A DNA stretch of 64,000 nucleotides, from the NCBI GenBank assembly GCA_965205015.1, contig OZ242029.1:4128001-4192000 (forward strand). The letters are read 5' to 3'. The DNA is from Candidatus Poribacteria bacterium. Lineage in GTDB: Bacteria > Poribacteria > WGA-4E > WGA-3G. The position numbers were made by a program, and so were the translations under genes. The stretch's first letter is position 1; each line of letters starts with the position of its first letter. The notes under the pieces were generated by a model. That model was not told where the DNA came from and searched no databases. It saw only the letters and a list, made by a program, of their open reading frames with translations. Below, piece after piece: positions 20,865 through 29,481 of this stretch.

Positions 20865-20999
20865 GAGAAAAATAAAATTAGCAAACACCGCGAAAATATG
20901 ATATACTTAAAATCGCTTGATGTCAAGCCTGAATGCTGGTATCGTAAAGCATTATACAGGAGCGCTGTATAGGCGCGCAAAGATCAAAATGGAGGGACT

Positions 21000-21464
21000 A
21001 TGGAGACAGAACAGACACTGGTTCTCATCAAACCGGACGGTGTTCAGCGTGGGCTTATCGGTGAAGTCATTGCCCGCTATGAGCACAAAGGACTCAAAAT
21101 CGTTGGGATGAAATTGCTGCGACTCCCGCGCGACACGGCAGAAAAACTCTACGCCGTCCATCACGGTAAATCTTTTTACGATGTACTTATCGAATTCATG
21201 ACTTCAGCCCCTATTGTTGCTTTAGCGATTGAGGGACGCGGGGCAATAGAATTAGTCCGCATTCTCAATGGAGAGACTGACCCGAAAAAATCACAACCCG
21301 GAAGTATCCGAGGCGATTTCTCAATCAATATCACGCATAACGTCGTGCACGCATCCGACTCTCCAAGGAGTGCTGAGCGTGAATTGGAGATCGTGTTTGC
21401 ACCCGATGAACGCTACAAATATCACCGAATAGATGAAGAGATCCTGCATCCTTCGGCGGTGTAA
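21000..21464 (+). CDS. ndk: Nucleoside diphosphate kinase
   Basis: TLVLIKPDGVQRGLIGEVI, GSIRGDF, NVVHASDS. Confidence 0.97.
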   Translation: METEQTLVLIKPDGVQRGLIGEVIARYEHKGLKIVGMKLLRLPRDTAEKLYAVHHGKSFYDVLIEFMTSAPIVALAIEGRGAIELVRILNGETDPKKSQPGSIRGDFSINITHNVVHASDSPRSAERELEIVFAPDERYKYHRIDEEILHPSAV

Positions 21465-21570
21465 CGGATAGGCATTAAACTGCGTTTTTTTATTTAACAC
21501 GCACAGTTCCCAAATTTTATTCGAGAACTTTTGTGCAAAAAACATCAAAAATAGATGGAGGTCAAAACAA

Positions 21571-22347
21571 TTGAGAACTCTTAATGTATGCGCGCTTATC
21601 CTCATGCTTACCCTTGGATTCGCTTTCAGTGTCCATGCCGGTAAAGCCGACTGTGAAAATATAGATGGTGATGGCGCGAAACCTATCAAAGAGGTTGGTA
21701 AGGAAGATGCCGGCAAGCAGAACGATTACGATGAGGTCGTCGAAGAAGATGACCGCAAGGGTGTCACCTACCTCGCTTTCATTGGCGGTAGCACACCGAA
21801 ACCCAATAAGTGTGGACTGAATCCAAAGAACCCTGAAGCTGAATGGACGGGTTGGGGTGGTCCCCTTGATGTGGACAACGCCACTATCGGAGAAGGCGGA
21901 GGCACCCGCAACCATATCGTCATTGGTGGTATCTACTTTGAGCGCGGCATCGGCTCGCACGCGATTGCAACGATGGTGTACGATCTCAGTGGAGATAAGT
22001 ACCTCAAATTTGAGGGCTATGTCGGTATGTCAGACGAGAAAGATCCAGCAGAATGTAACCACGGCGGCAGCAGCGATTTCATTTTCAGTGTCGACGGAAA
22101 AGAGGTCTTCAAATCCGATACGCTTCAGGGCACAGATGGTGGAAAACAGGTGGAAGCCGTCAAAGTCGAATTTGACATTCCTGCCAATGCCAAAGAACTT
22201 GAAATCGTCATGGGTGACGGTGGCGATGGAATCGGTTGCGATCACTCTGCAATCGGTGATGCAAAACTCCTCAACGCCCAAGCACTCGCCGTTGAACCCG
22301 CTAACAAACTCCCCACAATTTGGGGGCATTTGAAAGATCGTTATTAG
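21571..22347 (+). CDS. Secreted NPCBM/NEW2 carbohydrate-binding domain protein
   Basis: Signal peptide; YFERGIGSHA, FSVDGKEVF, GDGIGCDH; C-terminal LAVEPANKLPTIWGHLK. Confidence 0.75.
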   Translation: MRTLNVCALILMLTLGFAFSVHAGKADCENIDGDGAKPIKEVGKEDAGKQNDYDEVVEEDDRKGVTYLAFIGGSTPKPNKCGLNPKNPEAEWTGWGGPLDVDNATIGEGGGTRNHIVIGGIYFERGIGSHAIATMVYDLSGDKYLKFEGYVGMSDEKDPAECNHGGSSDFIFSVDGKEVFKSDTLQGTDGGKQVEAVKVEFDIPANAKELEIVMGDGGDGIGCDHSAIGDAKLLNAQALAVEPANKLPTIWGHLKDRY

Positions 22348-22565
22348 ACGTTGAGAATCTCTTATCTTGTAATAGAAGAAAATTCTCAAACAACGTTCTT
22401 AAGCCTGATTTAGAGAAGCTATAATGTGTAGCAACACAGCGGGCTTTGCTGAATCAGGTTTTTCCTTGCAATTTCGTGTTATATACGTTATTATAATTAG
22501 AAGTAAAATATGAATCTTAACCCCGTAGGAGTGCTTTTCAAGCACACTCTCGGTAGGAGGAAAAA

Positions 22566-23333
22566 ATGAAAAAAGCATTATTAATTCTCGGTGTGGTGTG
22601 TTTCAGTCTCATCACTGTTCACATCAGCACCGCTGAGATTGACTTTGAGACAGCAGTCGGCATCTGGCTCTTTGATGAAGGCAAAGGCGGTGAAGCTAAA
22701 GACATATCCGGTGAAGACAACCATGGCGAAGTCGTCAAAGCCCCATGGGTGGATGGAAAATTCGGCAAAGCCCTCGAATTTGATGGAAAATCCGGCTGTG
22801 TCAAGACGGGAGCGAAACTTCTTGAAGCTCTCGAAGAGTTCACTATTCTTGCATGGATACAAAGCACGGACGCTCCACCCGCTCGGACGGGACTCGTCGG
22901 ACAGAACAACGCACCGGAGTTCGGCTTTATTACGACGAATGAGCTGAGCCTCTGGACCCCCTCAGCTGGCCTGACGAATAATCCTTGGAAACACAAACAC
23001 GGTAATGGTGAATGGCATCACGTCGGGTGTGTCGCGACGCAGGAATACGTCCATACCTATATTGATGGTGAATATGCTGAGAAGAAGGGGAAGTGGGCGA
23101 ATCACGGCGCAGCTCCGTTTGACGTTAACATCGGTGGATGCGGTGTCTGGGATCCAGGCGGAAACTTTTTCCCAGGTCTCATGGACGAAGTCATGATTTT
23201 CCATTCAGCTTTGGAACAAGCAGATATTCAGGAGCTAATGGAAAAAGGTTACGTAAATTATTTGGCTGTTGACCCCAAAGACAAGCTCGGTACAACGTGG
23301 GGGCATCTTAAGGCAACGAACCATTTTAGGTAA
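22566..23333 (+). CDS. Secreted LamG-like jellyroll protein
   Basis: Signal peptide; GIWLFDEG, GKFGKALEFDG, WHHVG, GLMDEVMIF; C-terminal LAVDPKDKLGTTWGHLK; RBS AGGAGG. Confidence 0.85.
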   Translation: MKKALLILGVVCFSLITVHISTAEIDFETAVGIWLFDEGKGGEAKDISGEDNHGEVVKAPWVDGKFGKALEFDGKSGCVKTGAKLLEALEEFTILAWIQSTDAPPARTGLVGQNNAPEFGFITTNELSLWTPSAGLTNNPWKHKHGNGEWHHVGCVATQEYVHTYIDGEYAEKKGKWANHGAAPFDVNIGGCGVWDPGGNFFPGLMDEVMIFHSALEQADIQELMEKGYVNYLAVDPKDKLGTTWGHLKATNHFR

Positions 23334-23444
23334 TAGCCTCCCCTTTTTTCAACGCTCATAGACGTACTGGGGTATCGTAAATTCCGCAGGGCGTCTATGA
23401 GTAACCTACCCGTTGACCCCCTCGCCTCACTCATACCCGCGCCT

Positions 23445-25040
23445 CTACTTTAATTCGTGCAGTTCTCTGAGTTTGTCTAACGCGACCTGATTCCCCGGTT
23501 CCAATTCTAAAATCCGTTCAAAGATGCCAATCGCCTCTGGAATATTTCCAAGTTCCTGATAAACAACACCCAGTGCACCATAAGCACGAACATGCGTCGC
23601 CTCAATTGCGATAACCCTTTTAAACAGTGAGACGGCTTCGAGATAGTCCTCCTTCATCAGCGAAATTAAGCCGAGTCTATAAATGGCTTGGACATCCGTT
23701 GTGTCATGCGTAATGACCTGTTTGTAGTGTGGCGCGGCTGCTGTATAACGCCGTTGTTTCCAGTAGGCCCCGGCAAGCTCACGATGCACGGAGAGTTGAG
23801 ACGGAACGAGTTTAAGTGCCGCCTGATAGTTCTGAATTGCCGCTTCCAGTTGCCCCGTGTTCTCATAGACGATCGCAAGATTCGCGTGGACATTTGCGAA
23901 AAAAGTGTCGTAATCCGAAGGGGTCGACTGTCCGTGAGATTTGCTATCTGTTTTATTTTTTTTAAACTGAAGTGCCATTTGACAGGCACGGATCGCTGCA
24001 GCAGTCTGTCGGTTTTCATAATAGATCTGTCCTATATAATTATACGCCTGCGCTTTCAAGTAGGCTATCTCGTCTGTACTTCTCTCCTTCTGAACCTCTA
24101 TATCCTTGTCGAGTAGCGACAGGAGGCGTTCTAAGACGGCTAAGGCTTCTTGGTGCCGTGCCGTATAGAGGAGCGAAACGCCATAATCGAACCAGACCTT
24201 TATATCTTTCTGTTCGTCTGAAATAAGCGGCTCAAACTCAGCGACAGCCCTCGCGTAATCCCCTTCCGACATATAACGCCGACCGCGTTCGGCATACAAC
24301 GGAGCAGTGACCCCCGCTTTAAGCACGTCCCACCACAAGGGATCTATCAATTCACCGTATTCGCTGGGGTTCCGAGCTGCCTGCGCGTGCTGTTTCGCTG
24401 CTTGTGTATCCCCCAGCGCGATAGCGACCTGTGCCATGAGGGCATGCGCTTCACTTTGTCTCGGATTCAAGCGGAGTGCCTTCTCCAGATGTGTCCGAGC
24501 AAGTTTCATCTGCCGTTTTGCCAGTGCAATTTCGCCGAGCCAGAGTTCGGAGAATGGATTGTTCGGTTGGAGACGTTTAGCGTGTTCTAAATGTTGTTCT
24601 GCTTCATCGAATTTCCCCAAGATACGGAGCGCGGAAGCGAGATAGAGATGCGCAGGTGCGGATGTTGAATCCAAGGTCAGCGCACGGGTGAGATGTTTCA
24701 CTGCGTCCTCGGGTTGACGCTGCTTCGTCAAACGTCCAAGAAAGTAGAGCCACTTGAATTCATCAGGTGCGAGTTTGCTTGCTTGATGATAACACGGTAT
24801 TGCTGGTACCTCCCACCCGTGGCTGAGGTAGATATGCCCCAACTGGCCCCAGACCTCCGCAGTATTGGGAGACTTCCGGACCGCTTTTTGAGCGTTTTCA
24901 ATCGCCTCTATAAGCGGTTTTTCCTCAACCAAATCGAGATCCGCAGGTTCAGGAATATCAAGGTTTCCACCAGCAAATGTCGGGATATTGATCAGGATAA
25001 AAAGAAAAAGAGCAATGATATAAGCGGACAATTTCTTCAA
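23445..25040 (-). CDS. Secreted tetratricopeptide repeat protein
   Basis: Signal peptide and multiple TPRs; 4-nt overlap with the upstream gene. Confidence 0.8.
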   Translation of the reverse strand: MKKLSAYIIALFLFILINIPTFAGGNLDIPEPADLDLVEEKPLIEAIENAQKAVRKSPNTAEVWGQLGHIYLSHGWEVPAIPCYHQASKLAPDEFKWLYFLGRLTKQRQPEDAVKHLTRALTLDSTSAPAHLYLASALRILGKFDEAEQHLEHAKRLQPNNPFSELWLGEIALAKRQMKLARTHLEKALRLNPRQSEAHALMAQVAIALGDTQAAKQHAQAARNPSEYGELIDPLWWDVLKAGVTAPLYAERGRRYMSEGDYARAVAEFEPLISDEQKDIKVWFDYGVSLLYTARHQEALAVLERLLSLLDKDIEVQKERSTDEIAYLKAQAYNYIGQIYYENRQTAAAIRACQMALQFKKNKTDSKSHGQSTPSDYDTFFANVHANLAIVYENTGQLEAAIQNYQAALKLVPSQLSVHRELAGAYWKQRRYTAAAPHYKQVITHDTTDVQAIYRLGLISLMKEDYLEAVSLFKRVIAIEATHVRAYGALGVVYQELGNIPEAIGIFERILELEPGNQVALDKLRELHELK

Positions 25041-26761
25041 AAAGACACCCCCCTTCCTTGATAAACCATCACACGTTGATTGATGCTTGCTCCCGGAAAT
25101 CTTTCACGACTCCCATCTTGCCAGTGCACTTCAATCGCTTGAATTGCATCGATTGTCCCCAACCCGAAATGTACGCTCGGTTCACTGCTACTGAGATAAC
25201 TCGTACCCGATAGCACATACCCCGTGAATGCGTGTGATGCTGTCCGGAGTGTCACTTGCGCGCCAAGTGCATCGCGATTTTGAGTGATCGCCCGCACGGA
25301 AAGATAGTGATGTTGTGGCGGTGGTGCATCGTTTCGGAAAAGACGGAGCCGATTGTCGAGACCGCTCACCACCATATCGATATCACCGTCTCTATCAATA
25401 TCGCCGAAAGCCATTCCACGGCTGACTTCGATCCGTTCCGTGAAATTGGGGGCACGCGAACTCGCATCGGTGAAAGCAATACGTTGTCCGGAATCTGAGT
25501 TCCCTCCTACAGGATCTGTCTGAGAATTTTGAAAGAGAAGATTCGGTTCGGCGTAGAAATTCCAGAATTCACCAGTGTTCGCACCCTCAAGGACAGGACC
25601 GCGCTTCACCCGACCGTTGACGAGCGCGATGTCCAGATCGGTATCGTTGTCGAAATCCACGAAACCGCATCCAAATCCTGTAAAGGGTAGATCGCGCCCG
25701 GCGAATCCCGCCCTCTCTGTCATATCAACGAATACAGAGAAGGTGGAAGTCGTATAAAATGTATTTGTTTCACCAGACAGGTGCGTTATAAACAGATCGG
25801 GACGCATATCACCGTTGACATCGCCAACGGCGATCCCCATGCTCCCTTCGGGTTGTCCATAGGTGTTAAACGCCAGACCGTACAGTATGGCTTCCTCAGC
25901 AAAAGTGCCATCCTTCTGGTTCACATAGAGTTGGTTCGCTTCCCCGTCGTTGGCGACATAAAAATCCGCCCAACCATCACCCGTTAAATCGAGACACACA
26001 ACACCGAGGCCTCTGCCGGGCATTGTAGCGATTCCTGCCTGTTGTGATACGTCTGTAAATGTGCCATCACCGTTGTTTCGGAATAAGCGATCCGCGGCGG
26101 GTTCAAAGACCTGTGGATTGCAGTAATCCGGGGCACCATGTTTTCCGCGACAGACCGCCTCTGAATCGAATTTAACGTAGTTGGCGACGTAGAGATCGAG
26201 GTACCCGTCTCTGTCATAATCGCCAAAGGTCGCAGATGTTCCCCACGCTTCGTTTGAGAGTCCCGTTTCCTGTAGTGTAAACGTTCCATCACCGTTGTTA
26301 CGGTAGAAGACATCCGCACCGTAGTTCGTCATATAGACATCCGCGTCCCCATCATTGTCCACATCCCCGATTGCGACGCCTTGTCCATAACCTTCATGTC
26401 CGATGCCAGCGGTTTCTGTAACGTCAACAAACGTTCCATCGGTCTGTTGTCGAAAAAGTCGATTCGAGGCAGGGGCACCCCCAATGGATGCCCCTACATC
26501 GGGTGCTGGAAATCGGATGTGCAGGATATCGAGGGCATCATCGTTGTTGTAATCAAACAGGGCAACTCCACTTCCGATTACCTCCGGTAGGGCGTACGTC
26601 CCCGCCTGCCAAGGTGTTTCTGTCTGTGTGAAACCGAGCGCAGCGGTCACTTCCGTAAAAAAGGGTTTATCCGTCTCCGCGCTGGAGACGGTGGTGAGGT
26701 TGGGAAACCTCGCCAGCAGCGTAATGAGGATGAGTGTTATGACGTATGACTTCGTGAACAT
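25037..26761 (-). CDS. CRTAC1-family FG-GAP repeat protein with ASPIC/UnbV domain
   Basis: Repeated DxDxDGxxD motifs, LFRNNGDGTF, YLSSSEPSVHFGLG, IEVHWQDG. Confidence 0.9.
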   Translation of the reverse strand: MFTKSYVITLILITLLARFPNLTTVSSAETDKPFFTEVTAALGFTQTETPWQAGTYALPEVIGSGVALFDYNNDDALDILHIRFPAPDVGASIGGAPASNRLFRQQTDGTFVDVTETAGIGHEGYGQGVAIGDVDNDGDADVYMTNYGADVFYRNNGDGTFTLQETGLSNEAWGTSATFGDYDRDGYLDLYVANYVKFDSEAVCRGKHGAPDYCNPQVFEPAADRLFRNNGDGTFTDVSQQAGIATMPGRGLGVVCLDLTGDGWADFYVANDGEANQLYVNQKDGTFAEEAILYGLAFNTYGQPEGSMGIAVGDVNGDMRPDLFITHLSGETNTFYTTSTFSVFVDMTERAGFAGRDLPFTGFGCGFVDFDNDTDLDIALVNGRVKRGPVLEGANTGEFWNFYAEPNLLFQNSQTDPVGGNSDSGQRIAFTDASSRAPNFTERIEVSRGMAFGDIDRDGDIDMVVSGLDNRLRLFRNDAPPPQHHYLSVRAITQNRDALGAQVTLRTASHAFTGYVLSGTSYLSSSEPSVHFGLGTIDAIQAIEVHWQDGSRERFPGASINQRVMVYQGRGVSF

Positions 26762-26914
26762 ATCATTATCTCAAATGATGCAGGTTGTCACCTCGTAGCA
26801 TAGACTGTTCGTCTGCGCATAAGCAGGCGCAACCTAACAGGATACGCTACAAACAACCTATAACCTGTAACTCTTAACTTATAACCTTTTGGGTTCAAAT
26901 ACAATAACAGTCTC

Positions 26915-28186
26915 TTAAGCTAAAATTACAAACGCTAACCGCCGATGTGCTTCACGTAATGCCGCTTCCACCGCCTCCGGTGTTTCCGCGCGAGCGAAAA
27001 TGAAACCGAGGTATCGCGCACCCTCTGGCAGGGGGACGACCTCTCCACCAATGGGGATTGTGATGTTGACCTCTACGATACCCTCCACGCAGTGCGCCGC
27101 TGTTTTGCCGCGCACTTCGCCTAAGATACCCGCTTTCGGTACAGGGATCATCATCACGCCTGCTGCCTGCTGCTCCCGCTGTAATTCCTCCACCTGCTGT
27201 CCAATCGCATGTCGGATAACGAGTTCCTCCAGCGACATCCCTGTTCCGAACCTTAGGGTCCTGGCACAGAGTCCACCAATCGTCCGCGCAGCGATCTCGA
27301 TCAGGTGTGCCCCTTTATCGTTGTAGCGGAGTTCGGCGTGGATCGGTCCGTGTTTTAACCCCAGCGCGTGGGCGGCTTCTGCAGTCGCTCGATGCAATGC
27401 CTCTTGGACCTCCATTGACAGACGGGAGGGTGTAACATAGAGGGTCTCTTCAAAAAAGGGACCTTCCAGTGGATCGGGTTTATCAAAAAGCGCGAGTGTC
27501 TTCAACTCACCGTCTAACAGGATGCCTTCGAGCGCCACCTCTATACCCGGGATATAGTCCTCAACGAGTAGGTATTGTGCAGGAGGGGCTTCGGATTTTT
27601 GTAAGGTTCGGAGCAGTTTCGCTGTCCGTTGGAAGGCTTCAATAAATTCAGCGGGTGTATCTGCCCTGATGACACCGCGGCTGGCGGACAGGGACAACGG
27701 CTTAATAATACACGGAAACCGTACGTGTGTATCTGGACTGTAGGGGTTGGGTAACCCAATCCCCACGATCTCAGCAGGATTGTCCTCAATGGAAAAGCGT
27801 TGATAGGCAGGCACCGACACGCCGTTTGTCGCCAATGTGTGCCGCAAGAGATACTTATTGCGGGTCGCTTTTGCGGAATCAACGGGATTGTGCGGGAGCT
27901 CCAACGCTTCTGACGCTGTCGTTGCCAGGAGCGTCGTATCGTCATCAACCCCGACTATTGCCGCGATTGGATAGGTCTCGGCGAATTCAACAATTGTCTG
28001 TGTTGCAGCAGACGGCGCGCTGAAGTCGAGCACAAGCGTCTGTCGCGGTGATACATCTGCTGTCGTCGCCGCTTCCTCTGATGCGACAACGACCTCCACA
28101 TTCAACTTCAGAGCGGCTTCGAGGAAATCCGTCGCTCGGTAGGTCCGTGTTGGTAGAAGTAGGAGGACGCGCTGTTTATGAGTCAT
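26915..28186 (-). CDS. ATP-grasp domain protein
   Basis: PCIIKPLSLSASRGV, LVEDYIPGIE, HAELR, IEIAARTIGG. Confidence 0.85.
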   Translation of the reverse strand: MTHKQRVLLLLPTRTYRATDFLEAALKLNVEVVVASEEAATTADVSPRQTLVLDFSAPSAATQTIVEFAETYPIAAIVGVDDDTTLLATTASEALELPHNPVDSAKATRNKYLLRHTLATNGVSVPAYQRFSIEDNPAEIVGIGLPNPYSPDTHVRFPCIIKPLSLSASRGVIRADTPAEFIEAFQRTAKLLRTLQKSEAPPAQYLLVEDYIPGIEVALEGILLDGELKTLALFDKPDPLEGPFFEETLYVTPSRLSMEVQEALHRATAEAAHALGLKHGPIHAELRYNDKGAHLIEIAARTIGGLCARTLRFGTGMSLEELVIRHAIGQQVEELQREQQAAGVMMIPVPKAGILGEVRGKTAAHCVEGIVEVNITIPIGGEVVPLPEGARYLGFIFARAETPEAVEAALREAHRRLAFVILA

Positions 28187-28319
28187 CAGTTATTGGTTAT
28201 CAGCGTAATTAACTTTCAGGCACCAGTTATCAGAAGTTGAAAGTTGCGAAGTGGTGCCTTCCTAACTTCCTAACTTTAGCACACTTCTTAACTTTCCGAT
28301 TCCTATAAAACTGATTGCG

Positions 28320-29279
28320 CTAACCGTTTCGGGAACCGCGTAACAACTTCTGATACTCCGCATGGGCATTCTGCGGATCGTCCTCACCATCAAGCACACG
28401 TCGCAGGCACTGTACAAAGCCTATCGGTTCATCTTCACCGAAGATAGTGCGTCCGAATAGAATGGCACGTCCGCCGTTGCTAACAACGTTGTGCGCAAGT
28501 GCAAATGTGCTACGCGCATTTTGACGGGGACCACCCAATGCGCCAATCACCAACGTCGTATCGAACTGACACAACTCGGTCCAGACGTCGGCGGTCGTAT
28601 AGGCGGTTTTGATAAAGCGCGGGCGTTGGTGTTTTCGGAGATAACTCATCGTGCGGACGATGGAATCGGCGACGTACATACCCCGCTTCTCCTCATCCAT
28701 CCCCGGCATTTTTACATTCGGTAAAAACACCTCTAAAAGATGATCAAAGCCCTCAATTTCACCCACGACATGTGCGAACTGCACATACGCTTGTAGCATG
28801 CGTTCATCAGCGATCGGATCGTTGTTGAGCGTAATGGAGTACAACCCAAGGCTCACTCGACATTCCAGCGCAGGACCGATGAGTGCCTCACAATAGCGTT
28901 GCATGTCCTCTGGAAACACTGTCTGAAACGGCATTGACAGCCGCGAGGTATAGACGCCAAACCTCGGATTCCAGATAGCCGTCTCTGAGTTCATCCGGAC
29001 GATTGGCGTGATCGGTGTGTCTTCAAACAGATTTTCTTCAAGCGCGAGGATTTCTGCATCGGCGGGGGTCATTAGGAGCCCGTCTAATTTGCCATCTGCA
29101 ACGAGGTCGCGCTGGAGTTGCAAAAACTCTGCGTGTGTTCGGTAGTGCGGTTTCGGGTGTTGTACTTGTCCAAGCCCTTTAATCCCGGCAGATGCGAGCG
29201 GATCCGCCGCAAAAACCAGAATCGGGCTATGGGCAAGTAAATCCTTATCAGCAAGTTTGTCAAATATCCGGTTACCCAT
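28320..29279 (-). CDS. Class I aldolase-like TIM-barrel protein
   Basis: AADP start, RFIKTAY (candidate Schiff-base Lys), ALGGP, GRAILFGRTIF as in DhnA/LacD-type aldolases. Confidence 0.6.
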   Translation of the reverse strand: MGNRIFDKLADKDLLAHSPILVFAADPLASAGIKGLGQVQHPKPHYRTHAEFLQLQRDLVADGKLDGLLMTPADAEILALEENLFEDTPITPIVRMNSETAIWNPRFGVYTSRLSMPFQTVFPEDMQRYCEALIGPALECRVSLGLYSITLNNDPIADERMLQAYVQFAHVVGEIEGFDHLLEVFLPNVKMPGMDEEKRGMYVADSIVRTMSYLRKHQRPRFIKTAYTTADVWTELCQFDTTLVIGALGGPRQNARSTFALAHNVVSNGGRAILFGRTIFGEDEPIGFVQCLRRVLDGEDDPQNAHAEYQKLLRGSRNG

Positions 29280-29481
29280 TTTTAATATATTGCCTCCTGG
29301 GCTGCGCGTCTGACACGGGTCTCTTATAGAGACTTGCAGGACAATGTTTCGCGCAGGTCCCCGATCATCCTATACGGATCTTTTAGATACTATAAATACG
29401 GCATTGCGTTAGAGTGCTTAGAAGGAATGATGTTTAAACATTTCTTTCTATTCAGATTAAAACCCCGTAGGGGTGATATGT

